A stretch of DNA of 64,000 bases, taken from the NCBI GenBank assembly GCA_963822445.1, contig CAWGHO010000002.1, positions 1,408,001 to 1,472,000 of the forward strand, read 5' to 3'. The notes below the pieces were generated by a model, which made no database searches, was not told the origin of the DNA, and was given only the letters and a program-made list of their open reading frames with translations. This document shows positions 37,436 to 46,172 of the stretch, in pieces. Source of the stretch: an uncultured Acidobacteriota bacterium (GTDB lineage Bacteria > Acidobacteriota > Thermoanaerobaculia > Gp7-AA8). How positions within the stretch are numbered: the first letter of the stretch is position 1; each line of letters opens with the position of its first letter. Both the position numbers and the translations under genes were made by a program.

Positions 37436-37876
37436 CTACAGCGTGAGCTCGAGAAAGCGCGAACCGGGGACGGGGTTGTAGCGATATGGCTCGACGTCGA
37501 CGAACCCGAGCGACTCGTACAGCGCCATCGCCGCGGTCATCGTCGGAAGTGTGTCGAGACGCATCGTCCGATAGCCGCGGCTTCGCGCCTCTGCGATGAC
37601 GCGCACAGCGAGCGCGCGGCCGAGGTCCCGGCCGCGGTATTTGGGGCGGACGTAGAGACGTTTCATCTCGCAGGTGGTGGCGTCGAGTTGGCGGAGGGCG
37701 ACGCAGGCGGCGATTTCGTTTCTTTCAAAAGCACAGAGGATCGTCACGTAGAAATCCGGCAGTGCCGCCAGCTCCTCGTCGAATTTCTGGAAGGCGAGAT
37801 CGATCCCCGTCGACTCCGCGTATTCGCGAAAGATCGAGCGGACCTCGTCCATGTCGGACGCGGGGTCGATGCGCAT
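37436..37876 (-). CDS. GNAT acetyltransferase
   Basis: CEMKRLYV.P..RG..LG, RLDTL, LYESLGF. Confidence 0.9.
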   Translation of the reverse strand: MRIDPASDMDEVRSIFREYAESTGIDLAFQKFDEELAALPDFYVTILCAFERNEIAACVALRQLDATTCEMKRLYVRPKYRGRDLGRALAVRVIAEARSRGYRTMRLDTLPTMTAAMALYESLGFVDVEPYRYNPVPGSRFLELTL

Positions 37877-38667
37877 CAGCCGGCCAGCGTGCCGCGGAGG
37901 ATGGTCACGGCCTTGCCGCCGAGCTTCACGCGGTCGCCTTCGTGGCGCACCCGGACGTAGCCGCCGCGCCGCGAGGCTTGGAAGCCGGTCAGTTCCTGTT
38001 TGCCGAGCCGCGCGGACCAGTACGGCGCGAGGCAGCAGTGCGCGGAGCCGGTCACGGGATCCTCATCGACGCCGGAGCCGGGAGCGAAGAAGCGCGAGAC
38101 GAAATTGGCGGCGGTCGTCGATGCGGCGCGGCTGGTGACGATCACGCCGCGCACGTCGATCTTGCGGAGCTGGGCGTGATCGGGATCCAGAGCGCGGACC
38201 GCTTCTTCCGACTCGACCTCGATCAGGTAATCGAATTTGTTCCGGCCGACGTAAACCGGGTCGGTGATGCCGAGCGGTTCCAGCAGACCCGGTTCGGGCT
38301 CCGACTTCGTTTCGGGCGTTGCCGGGAAATCGAGCTCGATCACATCGCCGTCGCGTTCGGCGGTGAGCAGGCCGCTTTTCGTGTGGAAGCGGATCGGCTC
38401 GTTCGAATCCCAAAGGTGTTCTTCCCAGAGCGCGTGAGCGCTCGCGAGCGTGGCATGGCCGCAGATCGCGACTTCGATGGCGGGAGTGAACCAGCGCAGG
38501 AGGAATCCGTTGTCGCGCGGCAGGAGGAAGGCGGTGGCGGAGAGGTTCATCTCCGCGGCCAGGCTATGCATCCACGTCTCGTCCCGCTCGCGGTCGAGAA
38601 CACAGACCGCGGCGGGATTCCCTCGAAAGGGCTGAGACGTGAATGCGTCGATGTGGAGCAGGAGCAG
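37876..38667 (-). CDS. PhzF family isomerase; start non-canonical (CTG candidate)
   Basis: HIDAFTSQPFRGNPAAVC lies upstream of the first ATG (38571); RWFTP, CGHATLA, EDPVTGSAH. Confidence 0.85.
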   Translation of the reverse strand: MLLLHIDAFTSQPFRGNPAAVCVLDRERDETWMHSLAAEMNLSATAFLLPRDNGFLLRWFTPAIEVAICGHATLASAHALWEEHLWDSNEPIRFHTKSGLLTAERDGDVIELDFPATPETKSEPEPGLLEPLGITDPVYVGRNKFDYLIEVESEEAVRALDPDHAQLRKIDVRGVIVTSRAASTTAANFVSRFFAPGSGVDEDPVTGSAHCCLAPYWSARLGKQELTGFQASRRGGYVRVRHEGDRVKLGGKAVTILRGTLAG

Positions 38668-38695
38668 GAGATCCCTCGACTTCGCTCGGGATGTC
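38668..38695 (-). repeat. Single REP-like unit GACATCCCGAGCGAAGTCGAGGGATCTC
   Basis: Resembles the arms of the 14430/33964 elements (ATCCCG.GCGAAG.CG.GGGATCTC). Confidence 0.65.
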
Positions 38696-38700
38696 GGCGA

Positions 38701-39477
38701 TTACATCGCCGCCACCTTGCCCGACTTGCCGTACAGCAGCCGGACGGCGATGAAGCCGATGGCGATCACGCCGGCCAGGCAGATGTCGCGCGCGGTGTTT
38801 CCGAACATCGTCGGGAAGTGGTTGCTGATCATCGTGAAGACCAGCGGCACGGACATGAACGTGTTGTGGCGCGAGCGCAGGGTCGCCTGCGCGACGAGCG
38901 CGGCGTCGGGAGGTGTTCCTTCCTTCGTCGCGGCGATGATCTTCTTCTGGTAAGGCCAGATCACCATCCAGACGTTCGCGGCCATCATCGTGCCGAAGAT
39001 CAGGCCCGCGTGAATGTAAAGCGAGCGTCCGCTGAACTTGCCGACGTACTCGAGGAACAGATACGCGGCGGCGAAGAGAAGCAGCACGATCGTGTTGGCC
39101 ACGATCACGTTCTTCACGGACTTCATGACGATGTTGTAGAGCAGGAAGCCGATGACGAGGATCACCACCACGATGCCCAGCCAGAGCCAGACGTCGGTGC
39201 GGCTCGTGTCTTCGAACACGATCTTCTGGTGGTAATAAATGATGCCGCCGAGGAGGATGCCGGTGATCCAGGTCCAGGCGGCGCCCCAGCGGAACCAGTA
39301 GAGCGCCCGGGGCATCAGCTCTGGGACGACGATCTTCTTGGTGGGTCCGTCCAGCGCTTTGGCAACGTGCGCATTCACCCAGTTGAAAAAGTAAAGGTGG
39401 CCGATCCAGATGATGCCCGCGACCACATGCGCCCAGCGCAGGACCAGATTCAGCAAGTCAGTTACGTGCTGCGGCAT
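38701..39477 (-). CDS. Urate hydroxylase PuuD-like membrane domain protein (no cytochrome c domain)
   Basis: RWAHVVAGIIWIG, WFRWGAAWTW, GTMMAANVW.VIWP.Q, SRHNT, MISNHFP. Confidence 0.8.
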   Translation of the reverse strand: MPQHVTDLLNLVLRWAHVVAGIIWIGHLYFFNWVNAHVAKALDGPTKKIVVPELMPRALYWFRWGAAWTWITGILLGGIIYYHQKIVFEDTSRTDVWLWLGIVVVILVIGFLLYNIVMKSVKNVIVANTIVLLLFAAAYLFLEYVGKFSGRSLYIHAGLIFGTMMAANVWMVIWPYQKKIIAATKEGTPPDAALVAQATLRSRHNTFMSVPLVFTMISNHFPTMFGNTARDICLAGVIAIGFIAVRLLYGKSGKVAAM

Positions 39478-39501
39478 AGCCTTCTCCTAGATGAAGTGAT
39501 T

Positions 39502-39594
39502 GTGGTTAGTCGCTAGTCGTTAGTGGTTAGTCGTTAGTAGTCCGTCTCGCCATCAGCCTCTACTAACGACTAATCACTAACGACTAACGACTAA
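39502..39594. repeat. Heptamer-armed hairpin, family C, second copy
   Basis: TAGTCGT/TAGTGGT units ... ACGACTA/ATCACTA units; 19-nt spacer. Confidence 0.95.
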
Positions 39595-39621
39595 AAGTTG
39601 GGGTAGCCTGCGATCGATTAT

Positions 39622-40320
39622 ATGAGTGAATTCGAGCGAAAAGTGGCCGTCGTCACCGGCGCGTCATCAGGCATCGGACAGCGCACCGCGGAGATGCTCG
39701 CCGATCGCGGCGCGCACGTCGTGATTGCAGCGCGATCCGAGTCGAAGCTGCGGGAAGTCGCGGCCTCGAGGGGGATGCATGCCGTTGCCGGCGACGTGTC
39801 CGAGGGCGCGTTCATCGAGCGGCTGTTCGCCGAAACCGAGTCCCGTTTCGGGCCTTGCGACGTGCTGATCAACAACGCCGGCATGATCGATCCCGGGCCG
39901 CTGGTCGACGTCACACCCGAGCGTTGGGAACGGATGTTCGCCGTCAACGTGCACTCGATTTACCTGGCCTGCCGCCGCGCGCTGCCTTCGATGATCGGGC
40001 GGAAGACAGGGTCGATCGTGAACGTCGCCTCCATTTCCGGGGTCATCGGACCGGAGAAATTTCCGGGATGGGTTTCTTACTGCGCGAGCAAGGGCGCGGT
40101 GATCTCGCTGACGGAAGCGCTCGCGATCGAACTGAAACCGCACGGCGTGCGGGTGAACAGCATCAGCCCGGGCTCGGTCGATACGAAGATGTGGGCCGAT
40201 GCCAGCGGAGGCGCGCCGGCGTCGGCGACGCCGGACAACGTTGCCGAAGCGATCCTGTTTCTTGCATCGGAACGGTCGCGGCCGATGAACGGACAGGACC
40301 TGCGTGCGTACCCTGCGTGA
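39622..40320 (+). CDS. SDR family oxidoreductase
   Basis: TGASSGIG, NNAG, YCASK. Confidence 0.93.
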   Translation: MSEFERKVAVVTGASSGIGQRTAEMLADRGAHVVIAARSESKLREVAASRGMHAVAGDVSEGAFIERLFAETESRFGPCDVLINNAGMIDPGPLVDVTPERWERMFAVNVHSIYLACRRALPSMIGRKTGSIVNVASISGVIGPEKFPGWVSYCASKGAVISLTEALAIELKPHGVRVNSISPGSVDTKMWADASGGAPASATPDNVAEAILFLASERSRPMNGQDLRAYPA

Positions 40321-41449
40321 ACAGATCCGCCCGACCTGGGCGGAGATCGATCTGCGCGCGTTCGATCGCAACGTGACCGCGGTTGCGTCGCGATTGCCGG
40401 CCGGTTCGAAGCTGATCGCCGTGCTCAAGGCCGATGGCTACGGCCACGGCGCGGTCGAGTTGGCGCGGCGATGTGAATCACTGCCGGTGGCCATGATCGC
40501 CACGGCTCTCCTCGAGGAAGCGCTCGAGCTGCGGCGCGCGAAGATCACCCTGCCGCTGCTCACGTTCGGTGCGCTTTCCGAACAGCAGGTGCTGATGGCG
40601 GTCGAGGACGACATCGTCATCGGCATTCCCGGACCGGAGTCGCTCGCCAATGCGGCCGCGGTCGCACGCGATCGCGACGTGCGCGTGCATCTGAAGCTCG
40701 ATTCGGGGATGGGGCGGATGGGTGTGATCGAGAGCGAGCTCGCCGACGTTGTCGAGCTTCTGCGCGCGACGCCGCGACTCAAGCTCGAAGCGATCTACAG
40801 CCATTTCGCCACAGCCGACGATTCCGACAATCCGCTGACCACTGAACAGGCCGCGCGCTTTCGCACACTCGTCGCCACGTTGCGCGAAGCCGGTCTCACC
40901 GCTCCGCAGCATCACTTCGCGAACAGCGCCGCGACCATGCGTGGCCTTGTCGACCCGGGCGATTCCGTGCGCGTCGGACTCTCGCTCTATGGCGCCGAAC
41001 CGTTGAACGACGTTGAGTCGCGCCTGGAGCCGGTCATGCGCTGGCGCACGGAGATCGTCCGCATGAAAGACCTTCCGCCCGGCCACGCCGTCGGCTACGG
41101 CTCGACGTTTCACACGTCGCGCATGACTCGCGTGGCGACGCTTCCCGTGGGATATGCCGACGGCTACAACCGCCTGCTCTCGAACCGCGGGTTCGTGCTC
41201 GTGCGCGGGGAACGCGCGCCGGTCATCGGCCGCGTGTCGATGGACCTGGTCACCATCGACGTGACCGACATCCCCACCGCCCAAGTCGGCGATGAAGCAG
41301 TCCTCCTCGGCGACGGCATAAGCGCCGAAGAGCTGGCGGCGAAACTTGGTACGATCTCCTACGAAGTATTCTGCAGCGTCGGCGCGCGCGTCCCGCGCGT
41401 CTATCTCGACGGCGCGGACATCGTTTCCATCCGCTCCCGATTCGCATGA
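40304..41449 (+). CDS. alr: Alanine racemase
   Basis: VLKADGYGHG, KLDSGMGRMG, SHFA, GYADG, GRVSMD, TISYE. Confidence 0.97.
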   Translation: MRTLREQIRPTWAEIDLRAFDRNVTAVASRLPAGSKLIAVLKADGYGHGAVELARRCESLPVAMIATALLEEALELRRAKITLPLLTFGALSEQQVLMAVEDDIVIGIPGPESLANAAAVARDRDVRVHLKLDSGMGRMGVIESELADVVELLRATPRLKLEAIYSHFATADDSDNPLTTEQAARFRTLVATLREAGLTAPQHHFANSAATMRGLVDPGDSVRVGLSLYGAEPLNDVESRLEPVMRWRTEIVRMKDLPPGHAVGYGSTFHTSRMTRVATLPVGYADGYNRLLSNRGFVLVRGERAPVIGRVSMDLVTIDVTDIPTAQVGDEAVLLGDGISAEELAAKLGTISYEVFCSVGARVPRVYLDGADIVSIRSRFA

Positions 41450-42216
41450 ACGCCATCCTCGACCGCATCGGCCGCCGTTTCATCCTGCTGTTCGAGCAGA
41501 TCGGGATCTGGTTCGAAGCGCTGTGGGGAACGATCCGCTGGACCTTCCGCCCGCCGTGGGACCTCAAGGAGTGGATGAAGCAGATGGTGCGGGTCGGCTT
41601 CGACTCCCTGCCCGTGGTCATCCTGACCAGCATGTTCACCGGGATGGTGCTCGCGCTGCAGACGTTCATCGGCTTCGAGCGCGTGCACGCCGAGCAGTTC
41701 GTGGCGAGCGTGGTCGCGCTGGCGATGCTTCGGGAGCTGGCGCCGGTGCTGGTCGGCCTGATGGTTGCCGGACGCGTCGGATCGTCGATGGCCGCGGAGA
41801 TCGGAACGATGCGCGTCACCGAACAGATCGACGCGCTCAAGGCGCTGGCCACCGATCCGATTCAGTATCTGTTCGTGCCCCGCGTCATCGCCGGCCTGAT
41901 CATGCTCCCCTTCCTGGTCGTCCTCGGCGACGCCCTCGGCATCTACGGCGGGTATCTGGTCGGCGTGAAGCTGATGCACACCAATCCCGTGATCTACAAA
42001 CAGAACACCTTCCAGTTCCTGGAGATCAACGACGTGATCAGCGGCTTGATCAAGGCGGCCGCGTTCGGCCTGATCCTGACCCTGACCGGCTGCGTGCGCG
42101 GCTATCACACCACCGGTGGCGCGGAAGGCGTCGGCCGCGCGACGACGAACGCCGTCGTCTCGGCGTCGCTGATCATTCTGCTCACCGACTTCTTCCTGAC
42201 GAAGATCCTCTTCTGA
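41446..42216 (+). CDS. mlaE: MlaE family ABC permease
   Basis: RELAPV, AGRVGS, AEIGTMRVTEQIDAL, GAEGVGRATT. Confidence 0.95.
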   Translation: MNAILDRIGRRFILLFEQIGIWFEALWGTIRWTFRPPWDLKEWMKQMVRVGFDSLPVVILTSMFTGMVLALQTFIGFERVHAEQFVASVVALAMLRELAPVLVGLMVAGRVGSSMAAEIGTMRVTEQIDALKALATDPIQYLFVPRVIAGLIMLPFLVVLGDALGIYGGYLVGVKLMHTNPVIYKQNTFQFLEINDVISGLIKAAAFGLILTLTGCVRGYHTTGGAEGVGRATTNAVVSASLIILLTDFFLTKILF

Positions 42217-42965
42217 TGATCTCCCTTCAACATCTCTACAAGTCCTTCGGCGGCAAGCCGGTTCTGCAGGACATGTCCATCGACGTGGAACGCGGCGAGA
42301 CGGTTGTGATCGTGGGCGGATCGGGAACGGGAAAGAGCGTCACGCTCAAGCACATCATCGGTTTGCTGAAGCCCGATCGCGGGAAGGTGATCGTGGACGG
42401 CCACGATGTCACGTCGATGCAGAGCAGGGACCTCAACGAGTTCCGCCGCCGTTTCGGGATGTCGTTTCAGGAAGGGGCGCTCTTCGACTCGATGTCGGTG
42501 TACGAGAACATCGCTTTTCCGCTGCGGCGGCATACGAAGATGAAGGAGCCGGAGATTCGCGCGCGGGTCGAGGAGTGCCTCGAAGACGTGCACCTCCACG
42601 GCGTGGAGAAAAAGCGGCCTTCCGAGCTGTCCGGTGGTATGCGCCGGCGCGTCGGCTTTGCGCGGGCGATCTCGCTCAAGCCGGAGATCCTGCTGTTCGA
42701 CGAGCCGACGACCGGCCTCGATCCCGTGATCAGCGACGTCATCGCGGAGCTGATCTGCGAGATGGACATGAAGCTCGGGACGACGACCGTGACGATCACC
42801 CACGACATGAAGGTCGCGTTCAAGATCGCCGACCGCGTGGCCATGCTGCACAAGGGCAGCATCATCGAGAGCGGAACGCCCGAGGACTTTCAGCGGTCGA
42901 CGAACCCGATCGTGCAGCAGTTCATCGAGGGGCGGGCGGAAGGGCCGTTGACGGAGCCGACGTAA
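42216..42965 (+). CDS. mlaF: MlaF family ABC ATPase
   Basis: GGSGTGKS, FQEGALFDS, LSGGM, DEPTTGLDP. Confidence 0.93.
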   Translation: MISLQHLYKSFGGKPVLQDMSIDVERGETVVIVGGSGTGKSVTLKHIIGLLKPDRGKVIVDGHDVTSMQSRDLNEFRRRFGMSFQEGALFDSMSVYENIAFPLRRHTKMKEPEIRARVEECLEDVHLHGVEKKRPSELSGGMRRRVGFARAISLKPEILLFDEPTTGLDPVISDVIAELICEMDMKLGTTTVTITHDMKVAFKIADRVAMLHKGSIIESGTPEDFQRSTNPIVQQFIEGRAEGPLTEPT

Positions 42966-42967
42966 CG

Positions 42968-42994
42968 AAAAACGGCGCCCCTCAGGGCGCCGTT
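42968..42994 (-). terminator. Rho-independent terminator (possibly bidirectional)
   Basis: AACGGCGCCC-CTCA-GGGCGCCGTT stem with a T-run on the minus strand, between convergent genes. Confidence 0.8.
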
Positions 42995-43016
42995 GGCGAC
43001 ATCACACAGCGAAAAA

Positions 43017-43568
43017 CTAGTCCTTGCTCATGCGCCGGCGGGTCGGCGTCGTGGTCGTGGTGGTCGTCTCCTGAACCGTCGAGGACGAGGTCATCGGGAC
43101 CGTGGTGGTCTCGGTGCGGGTCGTCGTCGTGGAGACGGTCGGGGCGGTGGTGATGGTGCTGTCCTCGACCACGCGCGTGTCGACCGTGGTGGTCGTGTCG
43201 AGATCAGCGGTCGTGTCGACCGTGGTGCTGCTGATCATCGGTTCCACCGGAGTCACTTCGGTGACCGTGACCGTGCTTGTGCTGCGATCCGGGATCACGT
43301 TCACGTTGGTGTTGGTGCCGACGCCCGAGGCATTGCCCATTCCGGGCGCGGCGCTGGACGAATAGATGTTGCCGTCGCTGTCGACCTTGGCGGGGCCGGG
43401 AGCCGGGGCCACGGTGGAGTCGAGGCCCGCCGCTTCGGGACGGTGCTCGACGACGTCATCCTGGGTGTTGATGTCGTCATTCGTCGACGCGCATGCACCG
43501 ACGAGAAGGAGAGCCGCGAAAGCCGCCGCGGCAGCGGTGTTGTGCGTGAATTTTCTGATCATGATCAT
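43017..43568 (-). CDS. Thr-rich lipoprotein
   Basis: LLLVGAC lipobox; Thr/Val/Ser-rich; basic tail RRRMSKD; AGGAG SD. Confidence 0.75.
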   Translation of the reverse strand: MIMIRKFTHNTAAAAAFAALLLVGACASTNDDINTQDDVVEHRPEAAGLDSTVAPAPGPAKVDSDGNIYSSSAAPGMGNASGVGTNTNVNVIPDRSTSTVTVTEVTPVEPMISSTTVDTTADLDTTTTVDTRVVEDSTITTAPTVSTTTTRTETTTVPMTSSSTVQETTTTTTTPTRRRMSKD

Positions 43569-43623
43569 TCGTCTCCTGATTCATTGATGGCGGCAATCAG
43601 CGCCGTCACTCGCCGTTGACAAG

Positions 43624-43639
43624 GGCAAAACGCTTGCCT
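43624..43639 (-). promoter_or_regulatory. Putative sigma54 promoter of the Thr-rich lipoprotein
   Basis: Minus strand AGGCAAGCGTTTTGCC (GG-N10-GC). Confidence 0.55.
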
Positions 43640-43677
43640 GGTTATTTGTAGTCAGCAAGCTCGACTAGAATCGCCGG

Positions 43678-44976
43678 ATGGCTGCGTCGCGGGTCTACTC
43701 GGTCTCGGAGCTCATTCGCCACCTCACCGTCGATCTATCGCGGTATAGCGACATCGCCGTCGAGGGAGAAGTTTCCAATTTCACGCGTTCCGCGGCGGGT
43801 CACCTTTACTTTTCGATCAAGGACGCCCGCGCGCAGATCAAGGTCGTTCTGTTCGCCACGAACGCCCGTTTTCTGCGGTTCAAGATCGAGAACGGGCTGC
43901 AGCTGATCGTCCGAGGACGGATCTCGATCTATGAAGCGAAAGGCGATCTCCAGCTCAACGCGGTCAGCGCGGAGCCTGCCGGCCTGGGAGCGCTGCAGCT
44001 CGCCTTCGAACAGCTGAAGAAGCGGCTCGCCGAAGAAGGCCTGTTCGATGCGGCCCGCAAGAAGCCGATCCCGATGCTGCCCCAGCGCATCGCCGTCGTC
44101 ACCAGTCCGAGCGGCGCTGCGATTCGCGACATCCTCAACGTTCTGGGCCGCCGCTTCGAAGGGCTGTCGCTGCAGATCTATCCCGTCCGCGTGCAGGGTC
44201 CGACCGCCGGCCGCGAGATCGCCGCGGCCCTCCGTCATCTCTCGCGCTGGAAGCAGCACGACGTAGTGCTGATCTGTCGCGGCGGAGGCTCGCTGGAAGA
44301 CCTCTGGGCATTCAACGAGGAAGTCGTGGCTCGCGCCGTCGCGGCCTGCGAGATTCCGACGATCTCCGGCATCGGCCATGAGACCGACTTCACCATCACC
44401 GACTTCGTCGCCGATCTGCGCGCGCCGACGCCGTCCGCCGCGGCGGAGATCGTCATTCGCGCGAAGAGCGAGATCTGTACGCAGATCGATCACATGACCC
44501 GCCGCGTGCGGCACATCGTCGAAGGCCGCGTGCGCAACTATCGTCACGAGCTTCGCCACATCATGTCCTCCGATCGTCTCGGCCTCGTTCCGCGGCGGAT
44601 CGTTGCCGCGCGCGAACGTCTCGAGCGCCGGAGGGTGATGCTGTTCCGCATGCTCGACGTTCGCGCGAAATCGCTGCGGCGCCGGCTGATCGCTGCCGAT
44701 CAGCCCCTGCTGCGTTATCCCGCGCGAATCGTCCGCGATCGCGAGAAATTGCGGGCGACCATCGCCACGCTCAACGCCGTCTCGCCGCTTTCCGTCCTTT
44801 CGCGCGGATACGCGATCGCGTTTTCGCGCACGCGCCGGGGCCGGAAACCGATCCTCGACTCGGCCCAGGTCAAAGTCGGCGAGCAGATCGAGGTGCAGCT
44901 CAAACGAGGCCGGCTGGAGGCAACCGTCGACCGCCACACGCTCGGCGTCGAGAGTCTCTGGCCGGAAGTGCTATAA
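43678..44976 (+). CDS. xseA: Exodeoxyribonuclease VII large subunit
   Basis: GEVSN, GHLYFSIKD, RGGGSLEDL, GHETD, APTPSAAAE. Confidence 0.97.
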   Translation: MAASRVYSVSELIRHLTVDLSRYSDIAVEGEVSNFTRSAAGHLYFSIKDARAQIKVVLFATNARFLRFKIENGLQLIVRGRISIYEAKGDLQLNAVSAEPAGLGALQLAFEQLKKRLAEEGLFDAARKKPIPMLPQRIAVVTSPSGAAIRDILNVLGRRFEGLSLQIYPVRVQGPTAGREIAAALRHLSRWKQHDVVLICRGGGSLEDLWAFNEEVVARAVAACEIPTISGIGHETDFTITDFVADLRAPTPSAAAEIVIRAKSEICTQIDHMTRRVRHIVEGRVRNYRHELRHIMSSDRLGLVPRRIVAARERLERRRVMLFRMLDVRAKSLRRRLIAADQPLLRYPARIVRDREKLRATIATLNAVSPLSVLSRGYAIAFSRTRRGRKPILDSAQVKVGEQIEVQLKRGRLEATVDRHTLGVESLWPEVL

Positions 44977-44985
44977 CCCGCGCCG

Positions 44986-45255
44986 ATGGCCGCCCGCCGC
45001 ACCTCCAACGAGTTCGAGAAGTCCTTCCAGCAGCTCGAGAAAATCGTCCAGCGACTCGAGGCCGAGGAGCTGCCGCTCGATGAGTCGCTGCAGCTTTTCG
45101 AGGAAGGCATCCGCCTGTCCCGCTTCTGCCATCAGCGGCTCGAAGAGGTCGAGAAGAAGATCGAATTGATCCTCGCCGACGCGAAGGGGCAGCCGGTGAC
45201 CGAGCCGTTCGAAGAAGACGTCATCGACGAGGATGAGGAAGCCGCGCCGGAGTGA
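44986..45255 (+). CDS. xseB: Exodeoxyribonuclease VII small subunit
   Basis: FE....LE.IV..LE....LDESL..FEEG. Confidence 0.95.
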   Translation: MAARRTSNEFEKSFQQLEKIVQRLEAEELPLDESLQLFEEGIRLSRFCHQRLEEVEKKIELILADAKGQPVTEPFEEDVIDEDEEAAPE

Positions 45256-46157
45256 GCCTCAACGAATACCTTCAGTCGCGGCGCGCTCTGGTCGATCGAA
45301 CGCTCGACGCGAACCTTCCTCCCGCCGATACGAACCCGCCCATCATTCACGAGAGCATGCGCTACGCGGTCCTGGGCGGCGGCAAGCGCATCCGCCCGAT
45401 CGTGGCCATCGCCGCGGCGGAGACATGCGGCGCGGACATCGAGCCGCTGCTCGTCCATCTCTCCGCGATCGAGCTCATTCACACCTATTCGCTGGTGCAT
45501 GACGACCTGCCGGCGCTCGACAACGACGACATCCGTCGCGGGCGCAAGACCACGCACGTCGTGTACGGCGAGGCGATGGGGATCCTGGTCGGCGACGCGC
45601 TTTTGACCGAGGCGTTTTCTTGGCTGGCTCGGCCGCTGGCTGCGGTGGAGCCGTTGCGGCAATTGCGGGCGATCACGACGGTCGCGACGGCGGTGGACTC
45701 GACCGGGATGATCGGGGGGCAGGTCGCGGACATCGTCGCGGAACGCTCCCAGGAAGCGAGCGACGATCACGATTCGCTGGTCAGAGAGCTCGATTTCATC
45801 CACCGCAACAAGACCGGCAAGCTCTTCACGGCCTCGCTCCTCCTCGGCGGGCTCCTCGGCGGCGCGTCGGAAGACAACCTGAAGGCGCTTCAGCTCTACG
45901 GTGACGCCCTGGGGCTGGCCTTTCAGATCGTCGACGATCTGCTCGACATCGAGGAGTCGACGGCGACCCTCGGCAAGACCGCGGGAAAGGACGTTGCGCA
46001 GGGAAAGCTGACCTATCCGGCGCTTCTGGGCATCGAACAGGCACGGGCGGAGGTGGGGCGGCTCATGGGAATCGCCCTGGAGAACGCTGCTATCATCGCC
46101 GGTCCTGTGAATTACCTGGGTCCGCTCGCACGTTACATCTGCGAACGTAGGACCTAG
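45252..46157 (+). CDS. ispA: Farnesyl/geranylgeranyl diphosphate synthase
   Basis: GGKRIRP, HDDLPALDNDDIRRG, KT, FQIVDD. Confidence 0.95.
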   Translation: MSLNEYLQSRRALVDRTLDANLPPADTNPPIIHESMRYAVLGGGKRIRPIVAIAAAETCGADIEPLLVHLSAIELIHTYSLVHDDLPALDNDDIRRGRKTTHVVYGEAMGILVGDALLTEAFSWLARPLAAVEPLRQLRAITTVATAVDSTGMIGGQVADIVAERSQEASDDHDSLVRELDFIHRNKTGKLFTASLLLGGLLGGASEDNLKALQLYGDALGLAFQIVDDLLDIEESTATLGKTAGKDVAQGKLTYPALLGIEQARAEVGRLMGIALENAAIIAGPVNYLGPLARYICERRT

Positions 46158-46172
46158 GCGGAAAGCTCAGAC

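Noticed and set aside
21107-39594. Repeat tracts as CRISPR arrays
   Set aside because: Units are 7-8 nt, tandem and inverted, with no repeat-spacer periodicity and no cas genes
40304-42965. alr-mlaE-mlaF without mlaD
   Set aside because: Split mla loci are common; mlaD may be elsewhere in the genome
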